DNA of 64,000 bases from Promethearchaeota archaeon Loki_b32. GTDB taxonomy: Archaea; Asgardarchaeota; Lokiarchaeia; Sigyniarchaeales; SOKP01. The stretch covers positions 6,509 through 70,508 of the forward strand of contig NJBH01000005.1 of the NCBI GenBank assembly GCA_005223125.1, given 5' to 3'. The notes under the pieces are model-generated. The model made no database searches, had not been told where the DNA came from, and was given only the letters and a program-made list of their open reading frames with translations. Both the position numbers and the translations under genes were made by a program. Positions 18,934 through 27,903 of this stretch are shown in pieces. How positions within the stretch are numbered: position 1 is the stretch's first letter; the number at the start of each line of letters is the position of its first letter.

Positions 18934-20889
18934 TCATAATTCACTAAATACCATACTCTTAGTGATAAAAATTTCTGTTATTAAGGATTCAAGTAAGGGG
19001 ATATCTTTTAATTTAATAGACTGGCTTACTTGAAAAGATTTAAGTAAATTTTGCCAAATATCCTCTTCTTTTTGGATGTGTTCCATAAAATAATTTATCT
19101 TCTGGTGAGCATAATAAGAATCACCTTTAAATATGTAAGAAATAAAAAAAGGTGGAATAGATTTCATAAGAAGAGTATATTCACCAAAGGTTGCTCGGTC
19201 TAGTCCTTCAGAGAACATTTCCCTAATAAAATAATCAATAGTGGTTAAAAAACCGCCAAAAAGATGTGATTCAAGAGATTTTTCCTTTACAAAAGAGTGG
19301 GAGAATAAAGCTGAACCTCCTTCAGTTATTATAAAAATTGAGAAAGGTTCCTCATCTGAAAACTCTGGAGTTTCAATCATTCGTTTTTTTACTATATTCT
19401 CCATTTGCTCGTTCAAACCAGCAAGCTTCCAACGTTCAGATAAAGGTGCTTCTGATTCTTTTAACTTCTCCCACATAGTTATTTGTCTAAGTAGTTCATC
19501 ATGTTCATGTGAAATTTTCATTGCTAATCGTTTAATTCCGTATTTTTCAGCTATCTTTTGGGCTTGAGTTAAAAATCGTCTGGCTGCTTTCATATCAAAA
19601 TTTATTAAAGCTAATTTCGCCTGTAATATGAAAATTCTACAAAAATGAATATATGAATGTGTTTTTTCAGCTATAGTTAATAATTTAGCAATATAGTGAT
19701 TTAATTCATCAAGTACTTCATTACTATTAGTAAAACGATACTCTGAAAGAAGCAATTCACAAAGATGAACAGTTGCTTGTATTGCAAATTGACCCCATAT
19801 AGTTTCTGTGTCTATTATTTTTTTGAATATTTTTTCAGCTTTTGCTTTATCGCGAATTCGCGAACTCCTTTTTAGCATTAAAGCTGTACATAATTTGTAG
19901 AGTAAAACAATTGTTCCATCTTTTTTTTGATTATACAAATTTTCTAGTCGATTGTAATATTTCTGAGCAAGTTCATTATCACCTATTTCAAGAGCCACTT
20001 CAACTAAATTAGAAAGAGGAAAATCTAATGCCAAAGATAGCTTTTCATGGTATAATAAGCATTCTTCGAAATATTCCAAAGCAAGGTTGAAATTACTAAG
20101 TTGATAATAGTTTCCACCTATATTATTAAGTACCAATGCAAAAAAATAATTGTTTTTGATTGCTCTAAATATCGCCAAACTTTTCATGTTATATTTCAAG
20201 CCAATATCTATCTCGCCTAGAGTTGAATGTAACACCCCTAAATACAATTGACCGAAAGCAATCCAGAAATGATTAAATTTAATTTGTTTTGCTATCGATA
20301 ATGCTTTCTTGGCATACTCCCCACCAAGTTCATAGTAACTTTTTCCTTGATACATAAGTCGTGCCTTTAAAAAAGTAGCCCAAACAATTTCAAATGTATT
20401 ACCAAGCTTATTGTGTGAATCTAAGACCCAATTTAAACAATTTTCTGCTAAATCTTGATTATTTAACTCCAGATTAATCCATCCTTTTAAAACTCTTAGA
20501 CGAATTTTTCTCTGAAAAAAAACACTTTTAGATATATCAGAAATAAGTCCTAATAACACTTCAGCAATTTCAATTTTTTGATAAGCTTCCTTAAATTTAT
20601 CACTTAGACCTAATCCGATGATAATAAAAAATAACCCATCAAACGATTGAAGATTATCATTAAGATCTTGACCTTCTTTAAATAATTGTTCACCAAACTC
20701 AATAAGTTCATCGCATTTGTTCTGGTGCATTAGAATTAAGCCCTTAAGAAGCTGAAAATAAACTTTTTGCTGAGAATTAAGCCCTTCAAATTGTACTCTA
20801 TCGTTTAATATCTCAAGAGCCTCATCAAGTTTACCCGCATCAAAAAGTTCTTCCGCTCTTGTTATTTGATTTAGCTCTGAATGAGACAT
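18934..20889 (-). CDS. TPR-repeat protein with C-terminal longin-like domain
   Basis: The track ORF runs to 20964. The internal Met at 20889 (MSHSELNQ..) matches the paralog N-termini, so it is the preferred start. C-terminal block: FSIFIITEGGSALFSHSF..HLFGGFLTTIDYFIREMF..YTLLMKSIPPFFISYIFKG. Confidence 0.75.
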   Translation of the reverse strand: MSHSELNQITRAEELFDAGKLDEALEILNDRVQFEGLNSQQKVYFQLLKGLILMHQNKCDELIEFGEQLFKEGQDLNDNLQSFDGLFFIIIGLGLSDKFKEAYQKIEIAEVLLGLISDISKSVFFQRKIRLRVLKGWINLELNNQDLAENCLNWVLDSHNKLGNTFEIVWATFLKARLMYQGKSYYELGGEYAKKALSIAKQIKFNHFWIAFGQLYLGVLHSTLGEIDIGLKYNMKSLAIFRAIKNNYFFALVLNNIGGNYYQLSNFNLALEYFEECLLYHEKLSLALDFPLSNLVEVALEIGDNELAQKYYNRLENLYNQKKDGTIVLLYKLCTALMLKRSSRIRDKAKAEKIFKKIIDTETIWGQFAIQATVHLCELLLSEYRFTNSNEVLDELNHYIAKLLTIAEKTHSYIHFCRIFILQAKLALINFDMKAARRFLTQAQKIAEKYGIKRLAMKISHEHDELLRQITMWEKLKESEAPLSERWKLAGLNEQMENIVKKRMIETPEFSDEEPFSIFIITEGGSALFSHSFVKEKSLESHLFGGFLTTIDYFIREMFSEGLDRATFGEYTLLMKSIPPFFISYIFKGDSYYAHQKINYFMEHIQKEEDIWQNLLKSFQVSQSIKLKDIPLLESLITEIFITKSMVFSEL

Positions 20890-21066
20890 AATTTTAATTA
20901 ATTTGGATGCAACCTTATGAATAAATAAGCTAATTATAATTTTAAATCTAGCGTTTAAGACCATTAAAAAAAAGATTTTCCATTTCTTAATTATTGAGTC
21001 GATGAATTAGAAAGGGACTAAAAAAGAAAAAAAAAAATTAATTAGAAATTTTTTCATTTATTGCGT

Positions 21067-21461
21067 TTAGCTTCTCTGTTTGATATAAGAGACAATACCA
21101 AGCGATAACATTGTCCACATTAAGATTTGATCGATGATCAGTTGAGATATAGTTTGAGGGAGTAATGTTGGGCCATATATAACTGCCACTACAAGTTCAA
21201 CGAGTATTACCGGTATAAACCAACTATACAAAAACATATACGTCAATTTAATCTCTTCCCATTCCTTTTTGCGAAGCATTACAATTGCAAAAATAGAACC
21301 GAGAAACAAAGTCCCCCAAAGGCTCTTGGATGTAATGGATTAGTCCAACCCTCAGTATTTAAGATTATATCCCATAGAAATACGAGCATGACTCCAAAAA
21401 GAAAAGGAATAATAGCAACCACTATAAGGGAGATTTTTGTAATTTTTTTAATTTCGGTCAT
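21067..21461 (-). pseudogene. Small multi-pass membrane protein split by a frameshift at a C5/G5 run
   Basis: ORFs 21279..21461 and 21067..21309 overlap. One extra G in the run at 21313-21317 would read ..PRAFGGTLFLGSIFAIVMLRKKEW.. as one ~130-aa hydrophobic protein. Confidence 0.45.
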
Positions 21462-21475
21462 TTTTTTTTATTCAA

Positions 21476-21513
21476 CTCTTTTCTTTAAAAATTTGATTTT
21501 ATCATCTTTATGA
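21476..21513 (-). promoter_or_regulatory. Copy A of a shared 38-nt upstream element containing a TATA-like AAATTTTTAAA
   Basis: 35/38 identical to 22516-22553. It lies 15-52 nt upstream of the start of the membrane-protein gene at 21461. Confidence 0.4.
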
Positions 21514-21828
21514 AAATAGAAAAAAATGGATAGATAAAAGAGTAACAAGTTTCAGTAAGAGGGTCTTCTTCAGCAATCCATAACAAAACATGATCTCCTG
21601 TATTATCATCAGGATAGGTTGATACAGATGACATGTGACTCCAGGACATTTATCATGGATTCGATTCGTATTATAACATTGTGAATTTTCCTTGCATTTT
21701 CAAATTATTATAGATTCCTTTATATTATAATCTAAATGATTGTAGATTAGGAACTGTTTTTTAAAAAAAAAAAAAAAGATTTTAGAATATATTTCTTATC
21801 TGTTACGATTGATTTAGTGCTATGGGAC

Positions 21829-22515
21829 TCATATTTCTATGGATTTTGTCAAATAGGATATCGGACCAACTGGCAATACCATTGGACCGATCGGCGTTTC
21901 AACTTCCCATATAACTGCAGCAAGGGCCCATCCTCCTTCTGGCAAAATAAAGACTGGAGGATATGTTCCAGGGGGATATGTTCCAGGATCTTCTAAACAA
22001 TATTCACCTGTAAAGCTTAGAAACATTAAAATCTGTGCTGATTCGTATTTACCTTCAGTATTTGGCATGGTTATTGGAAGCAAATTTCGAAAAAATACCA
22101 CGATATCGCTATCAGTAGTTTTAACCAATCCCTCACCCATGACCCACCAAACGTTAATAAACCAGACATTAAAGATTGGGCAATAAAAATAATAATCGGT
22201 CTGTAGAAGTAATCCATCTTTAAGCATTCCTTTCATCGCATACACTTTTTCACCTGATTCATCATAGATTTTTTGATGGAAAACTGCTTGCACCGATGGG
22301 AGCTCACCGCCTCCACCGAATTCAATCTTCCCTAGGATAAAATTAGTAGCTCCAGGGAGATCTAGATCATCTCCTTTTGCCATGATTAAGAGGCGATTAG
22401 AATCAGCAGCCATCACCGGTGTAACAATTGCTATGATACCTATTAAAAATGATACCGCGATCAGTGCCTTAGTCACTTTTGATTTCTTTTTCACTATCAT
22501 ATTCTTTTTTATCAC
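21829..22515 (-). CDS. Secreted or membrane-anchored hypothetical protein
   Basis: 228 aa. N-terminal Lys-rich region plus hydrophobic helix ending VMAADS (signal-peptide-like). Contains the PGTYPPGTYPP repeat. The start may be the ATG at 22500. Confidence 0.6.
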   Translation of the reverse strand: MIKKNMIVKKKSKVTKALIAVSFLIGIIAIVTPVMAADSNRLLIMAKGDDLDLPGATNFILGKIEFGGGGELPSVQAVFHQKIYDESGEKVYAMKGMLKDGLLLQTDYYFYCPIFNVWFINVWWVMGEGLVKTTDSDIVVFFRNLLPITMPNTEGKYESAQILMFLSFTGEYCLEDPGTYPPGTYPPVFILPEGGWALAAVIWEVETPIGPMVLPVGPISYLTKSIEI

Positions 22516-22553
22516 ATCTTTTTTTTAAAAATTTGGTTTTATCATCTTTATGA
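22516..22553 (-). promoter_or_regulatory. Copy B of the shared 38-nt upstream element
   Basis: Lies immediately upstream of the 21829..22515 start, or 16 nt upstream if the ATG at 22500 is used. It is inside the divergent intergenic region shared with wHTH/TPR gene 22709. Confidence 0.4.
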
Positions 22554-22708
22554 TGATTAATTAAAGGTTGAGATATAGTTACCTTTATAATTGAGCTTCC
22601 GATAGTTCCGTGATAGTTTCGATTCTTTATGGAAGTTCTATGAAATAGATATAAATAGAAAAGAAACCGATCTATAATTTAGAAAATAAAATTTAGTTTT
22701 TTCAAATT

Positions 22709-24625
22709 ATGGGAATCATAAATTATCCTCCAGAAAAGATCTATAGCCCTTCCAAGTTGAAAAGGCCGGACTATGACCATATTATTCTCTGGATGTTGAA
22801 TAATAATGATTATTGTAAGTGGGCTGACTTTCGTCAAGAAGCGATTGAAATTCCTACAGGTACATTATCTAGGCATTTAGATACATTAAAACGTAAGAGC
22901 TTTATAGAAAATTTTACTAGAGGGCATTACAGAATTACTTCAGAGGGAAAAAAGAAATTTCATGAACTATCAAGTGCGAAGAAAAAGACACGTAACCTAA
23001 ATTATCCTCCTAAAATCATCTTAAAAAGTGGAAGAGAATACGCTCACTGGATTCTTTGGATGGTTTACAATAATAACTATTGCAAAAGGTCTGACTTCCT
23101 TGAAGATCCATTATCTATAAATCAATCTTCATTGTCAAAGAATTTGAGTTTGTTAATAGAAAGGGGATTTATAAAAAAAGAGGATGGGAAATATGTAATT
23201 ACCCTAGCAGGTAAATCAGAATATTCAAGGATGCTTCAAAATTATGATTTAGATAGACAAACTATTTTAGAAGAGGAAGGTAAACGAATTGAAGAGATTA
23301 CTAAAAAAACTATTAAATTTTTCGAGAGATTTAGAATAGAAGAGAAAGATATTCAATTTAGATTTCTCAACAATATATTAAAATTAGATTATGAAAAAGT
23401 AAAACCATTATTAAAAGATGAGGAGCCTTTTCATAAAATCTTACTTTTTCTTTCAATTAATCATCCGGATCAATATCCAAGCTTTATTTCCTCTGAAGAT
23501 TTTTCCAAAATCTATAAAATTAAGAAAACTACGCTTGACTATTATATTGATGAGATTTCAGAAGGCAAAATATATCCATTACGATTTTTTAAGTTAACAC
23601 ACCCCTCAGGTGAGCTATATTACTTTCAATCAGATGGAAGACTAGAAAGTATACTTCGGGTAATTACAGAGAATCAAATCAATAAAGTCAGTTATTTGAA
23701 TAAACTTTTTTCAAAGCCAACAGCAAAAGTGCTAACAATAGATATGAAATCCATTATAAATGATATCACAGATAAGAGTTGTGAATTCTTGTTTAATAAG
23801 GATTTAAACGCGTCATTAAGAGAATTTTTACCAGAATATATTAAATATCTAGCTTATAAAATTGAGACTAAAAAGAAATTAAAAGAAACTTATGATAAAT
23901 TAGAGGGAATTATCTGGCAAAACATAACAGATATTGTTCAATCACAAATCTCTGAAAATTTAGAAAATCAATATGAAGAACAAATAGAAGGGATTGATAA
24001 AGAAATTGAATTAAACCCAGAAAATCTTAACTTATATTATTCGAAGATTAGAATTCTGATTTATTTTAACCAATACCAAGAAACAATAAAATTCTTAGAT
24101 GAAATGTTTGAAATTTTTCCTGAAAGTGAAAAAGATATTAAAATATTAGAAGCAGCTGTTTTTAGAAGAATGCAAAAATTTAAAGAGGGATTCGAAATTA
24201 TCGAGTCTTTAATTGAAAAATATCCTGAAGACAATGATCTTCTTAGTTATAAAGCCTATTGGCTACAATTTTTAGATAAAAAAGAAGAAGCAATAGAAAT
24301 AATTCAAAAACTCACAAAAGATGAACCCGATAATGGAATTTATCATGACACTTTTGGTGAAGTTTTAATGTATTTTGAAGATTATGAAGAAGCGGCTAAG
24401 AAATTTGTAAAGTCAATGGTTTTAGGAGCCCATGAATGGTATATTTTCCAGACTTATATCAAATTAGGAATTTGTTATAAAGCAATTGGGAATCTTGATT
24501 TAGCAGTCGAAAACCTCAAGAAAGGGATAGAACTAACAAAGAAAAATTTAATCGATACTGAAACAAAACATAAATGGCTTTCGATAGCTAATCTTTTTCT
24601 TGCTGAAATAGAACAATTTCTCTAA
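22709..24625 (+). CDS. Double winged-helix (wHTH x2) + C-terminal TPR protein
   Basis: 638 aa, collinear with 14194..16116 (NYPPE, HWILWMVYNNNYCK, PLSINQSSLSKNL, YDLDRQTILEEEGKRIEEITK, WYIFQTYIKLGICYK). Confidence 0.75.
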   Translation: MGIINYPPEKIYSPSKLKRPDYDHIILWMLNNNDYCKWADFRQEAIEIPTGTLSRHLDTLKRKSFIENFTRGHYRITSEGKKKFHELSSAKKKTRNLNYPPKIILKSGREYAHWILWMVYNNNYCKRSDFLEDPLSINQSSLSKNLSLLIERGFIKKEDGKYVITLAGKSEYSRMLQNYDLDRQTILEEEGKRIEEITKKTIKFFERFRIEEKDIQFRFLNNILKLDYEKVKPLLKDEEPFHKILLFLSINHPDQYPSFISSEDFSKIYKIKKTTLDYYIDEISEGKIYPLRFFKLTHPSGELYYFQSDGRLESILRVITENQINKVSYLNKLFSKPTAKVLTIDMKSIINDITDKSCEFLFNKDLNASLREFLPEYIKYLAYKIETKKKLKETYDKLEGIIWQNITDIVQSQISENLENQYEEQIEGIDKEIELNPENLNLYYSKIRILIYFNQYQETIKFLDEMFEIFPESEKDIKILEAAVFRRMQKFKEGFEIIESLIEKYPEDNDLLSYKAYWLQFLDKKEEAIEIIQKLTKDEPDNGIYHDTFGEVLMYFEDYEEAAKKFVKSMVLGAHEWYIFQTYIKLGICYKAIGNLDLAVENLKKGIELTKKNLIDTETKHKWLSIANLFLAEIEQFL

Positions 24626-24716
24626 GTTTTTAATAAAAAATCAGGATTTAATCTTTAAATTTATAGGAATAACTAAAAGAATATTAGAAAGAATCACTAT
24701 TGATTATTTGTAAAAC

Positions 24717-25121
24717 ATGTCAAATAATATAAAATATGCTGAAATTTGGTTCAAACAAGCTAAATATGATTTAGAAGCAGCTCTGGTAAGTAAAGAAAAT
24801 GGTAGTTATGAGTGGGCATGTTTTCAAGCACAACAGTCAGCCGAAAAGGCTCTAAAAGCGTTTCTTTTCTTAAATAGAAAAAGAAATGTTATTTTACATT
24901 CAATAAGAAAACTTATTGAAGAATGTGGGGCAATCAATAAGGAATTTTTTAAATTAAAAAAAGCAAAAGTATTAGATCAATATTATATCCCTACACGATA
25001 TCCAAATGGACTTCCTGATGAAGTTCCTCATGAATTTTATATGTTGGAGGATGCAGATTTATGTGTAAAATATGCTCAGAAGATTATTCAATTAGTAGCA
25101 ACGATATTAAAGAAAGTTTGA
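24717..25121 (+). CDS. HEPN domain protein (toxin-like partner of MNT)
   Basis: 134 aa. Rx4H motif RNVILH and YYIPTRYPNG, both typical of HEPN proteins paired with minimal nucleotidyltransferases. Confidence 0.8.
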   Translation: MSNNIKYAEIWFKQAKYDLEAALVSKENGSYEWACFQAQQSAEKALKAFLFLNRKRNVILHSIRKLIEECGAINKEFFKLKKAKVLDQYYIPTRYPNGLPDEVPHEFYMLEDADLCVKYAQKIIQLVATILKKV

Positions 25122-25405
25122 AAACTTTTATACACGCAGTGGCAAATGAATTTGAAATAGAGAAAATTATTCTATTTGGAAGTTATGCTAGAGGAGATTA
25201 TCATGAAAATAGTGATATAGATTTAATTATTGTAGGCAACTTTGAGGAAAGATTTTTTGATAGAATTGGAAATATTCTTGAATTAGTTCCAAATAATCTA
25301 AACATTGAACCACTTGTGTATACAAATGAAGAATTTGATAAAATGAGTGAAAATGGAAATCCTTTCCTTTTAACCGTAATTTCTGAAGGATTGAACTTGT
25401 TATAA
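25061..25405 (+). CDS. Minimal nucleotidyltransferase (MNT, antitoxin-like)
   Basis: GSYARGDYHENSDIDLII matches the GSxxRG..DxD nucleotidyltransferase motif. As called it overlaps the HEPN gene by 61 nt, so the real start may be further downstream. Confidence 0.8.
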   Translation: MCKICSEDYSISSNDIKESLKTFIHAVANEFEIEKIILFGSYARGDYHENSDIDLIIVGNFEERFFDRIGNILELVPNNLNIEPLVYTNEEFDKMSENGNPFLLTVISEGLNLL

Positions 25406-25476
25406 TAATAATTGATCTTTAGAGTATGGATGCAAGAAATATAGTTAAAATCAGTTGAGTTAAAAATTCTTCTTTC

Positions 25477-26700
25477 CTAGATTCTTTCTACTAAGATTGA
25501 AAGAATATTATTCCCAAATCCTCCAAAGTTGCATGTTATCCCCGTTTCAGCACCATCAACTTGTCTTTTTCCAGCTTCACCTCTTAATTGCCAAACCAAC
25601 TCTACAACTTGAGCTACACCCGTAGCGCCTAAAGGGTGACCCCGTGCTTTTAAGCCTCCAGAAGGATTTATTGGGATTTTACCTCCAATTTCAGTTAAAC
25701 CTTCATGAGCAGCTTTAGCACCTTCTCCTTTCTTAAAAAATCCAATGTCTTCTGATTGGACGGCTTCGAGAATTTCAAATGCATCATGTAATTCAGCAAC
25801 ATCTATGTCGTTTGGAGTTTTCTTCGCCATTTTATATGCTTGCTCTGAGCAAATTCTTAAAGCTTTAAGAATGGTAATATCTTCACGCTCATATACTATG
25901 TGAGTATCTGTAGCCTGCCCAATACCTGAAATTAGGATGGGTGCTTCGCTGTATTCCTTCGCTTTATCAGCATTACATAAAATTAAAGCAGCAGCTCCAT
26001 CTGAAATTGGGCAAATATGAAAAAGTCTTAAAGGGTCTGCTATTATTGGATTGGTTTTATCATCCTTAAGGAAATCATAAACATCATCCCAATTCCCTTT
26101 ACCTTTTTGAATGGCACTCTTCATAAAATCTTCAATAGTTCTTTGAAAATGCGCTTTTGGATTTAATGCTCCATTATAATGATTTTTAATCGCAATGTCT
26201 GAAATCCATTTTAGTTTCGCATCATATTTTTCAAGATAAGCACGAGTAAGCAAGCCTGCTAATGATGGTAGTGAAACTCCATGGCGTCTTTCTGCTTCTG
26301 GATGAGTTAAAGTAGCTACATTAGAAGTAACATAACCAGGTGTGGTAATATGAGTCATTTTTTCACCTCCGACAACTAATACTAAATCACTCATTCCAGA
26401 AGTAATTGCTTGAAACCCGGCTTTAACTGCTGATCCACCACTCGCAGGACCATTCTTAATATGATCAGCGGCAGCAGGTAATAAGCTTAATTTGTCTACA
26501 AGAGCACTAGCAATCCCCGAAAGTTGATTAAAAGCTCCTGGACTCATTGCTCCCACATAAACAGAATCGAAATCTTTATTAGTTGTATTAGAATCTTCTA
26601 TAGCTTCTAAAGATGCTTCACACAAGAGATCCATTAAGCCTTTATCGTTTAATCTACCAAATTTTGTATGACCCACTCCAACAATGGCTACTTTCTTCAT
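25477..26700 (-). CDS. Thiolase-family protein (archaeal acetyl-CoA C-acetyltransferase / SCP-x-like)
   Basis: 407 aa. N-terminal VAIVGVGHTKFG and C-terminal GHPLGATG..CNFGGFG are typical thiolase-fold signatures. Confidence 0.85.
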   Translation of the reverse strand: MKKVAIVGVGHTKFGRLNDKGLMDLLCEASLEAIEDSNTTNKDFDSVYVGAMSPGAFNQLSGIASALVDKLSLLPAAADHIKNGPASGGSAVKAGFQAITSGMSDLVLVVGGEKMTHITTPGYVTSNVATLTHPEAERRHGVSLPSLAGLLTRAYLEKYDAKLKWISDIAIKNHYNGALNPKAHFQRTIEDFMKSAIQKGKGNWDDVYDFLKDDKTNPIIADPLRLFHICPISDGAAALILCNADKAKEYSEAPILISGIGQATDTHIVYEREDITILKALRICSEQAYKMAKKTPNDIDVAELHDAFEILEAVQSEDIGFFKKGEGAKAAHEGLTEIGGKIPINPSGGLKARGHPLGATGVAQVVELVWQLRGEAGKRQVDGAETGITCNFGGFGNNILSILVERI

Positions 26701-26910
26701 TATAATCTCAATCTTTTATCAATAATAAAAAAAGAATAATAGTAATTTTGGATATTCAATCACTGATTCTTTTATGAATATTCTCTAATACTGTTTGTTT
26801 ATAAAACCATATGTAATTTTACTAATTAATTTTATTTATAATTCTAATATGTACATATATGGAACAATTTAAAAATTAACAGAGAAATTAAATTAGAGAG
26901 GAATAATATC

Positions 26911-27810
26911 TTGCTAAAGGGAATCCATTTTTTATTAACCTATGCCTGTAATTATACATGTGATCATTGTTTTTTATATTGTAACCCAAACTCAAAAGGA
27001 ACGTTTACTCTGGCTCAAATAAGAAAGGTTCTTGATGAAGCGAAAAAGATTGGAACAGTTGAATGGATATTTTTTGAAGGAGGTGAACCTTTTCTCTATT
27101 ATCCTATAATGGTAGAGGGGCTTAGATTAGCAAATGAATTAGGTTTTAAAACAGGTTTAGTCTCTAATTCATATTGGGCAACAAGTGTGGAAGATGCGGA
27201 AATTTGGCTTAAACCTATTTCTGAAATTGGAATTTCAGATTTTAGCATAAGTAATGATACTTTTCATTACGATGATGAACAATTAAATTTAGCTAAGAGA
27301 GCTGAGAAAGCAGCGAAAAATTTAGATTTGCCTTTATTCTCGATTTGCATTGAAGAGCCAAAGGTAAAAATTGATAAAAAGTATGAAAAGGGAGAACCCG
27401 TAATTGGAGGAGGAGTAAAGTTTAGAGGAAGAGCTGTTGCAACTTTAATTGAAGGTTTACCTCGAAGATCATGGGAGGAAATGAACGAGTGTCCATATGA
27501 AGATTTAGAAGATCTTGGAAGAGTTCATATAGATTCATTTGGGAACGTTCATATTTGCCAAGGATTAAGTCTTGGAAATATGCGGCAAACCCCTCTCTCA
27601 GATTTAATTAAGAAGTATGATGCAAATACTCACCCAATTTGTGGGCCTTTAATTCGAGGTGGGCCTGCTCAATTAATTAAAGAATATGGAGTAGAGCATG
27701 AGGATAAATATGTTGATGAGTGCCATCTTTGTTATCATGCAAGAATTAAGCTTTTAGATAAATTTCCACAATGTCTTGCTCCTAAGCAAGTTTATGGTTT
27801 AGAGGAATAA
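26911..27810 (+). CDS. Radical SAM protein with Cys-rich C-terminal (SPASM/twitch-like) region
   Basis: 299 aa, TTG start. CNYTCDHC is a CxxxCxxC motif in the LLTYACNYTCDHCF context. Further Cys are present (CPYE..HICQG, CGPL, ECHLCYH). Confidence 0.75.
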   Translation: MLKGIHFLLTYACNYTCDHCFLYCNPNSKGTFTLAQIRKVLDEAKKIGTVEWIFFEGGEPFLYYPIMVEGLRLANELGFKTGLVSNSYWATSVEDAEIWLKPISEIGISDFSISNDTFHYDDEQLNLAKRAEKAAKNLDLPLFSICIEEPKVKIDKKYEKGEPVIGGGVKFRGRAVATLIEGLPRRSWEEMNECPYEDLEDLGRVHIDSFGNVHICQGLSLGNMRQTPLSDLIKKYDANTHPICGPLIRGGPAQLIKEYGVEHEDKYVDECHLCYHARIKLLDKFPQCLAPKQVYGLEE

Positions 27811-27903
27811 ATAGGAATTATTTTCTAAATTATAGTTCATCCATAGGATATGTTAATATATTAATGGATTAATAGACCAATCATTAAATACAACTTATTT
27901 TGT

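Noticed and set aside
21485-21649. 54-aa minus-strand ORF (MSWSHMSSVSTYPDDNTGDHVLLWIAEEDP..)
   Set aside because: It is below the track threshold and has no motif. Its 3' end overlaps the promoter-like repeat copy A. It could be a gene remnant but is not supportable.
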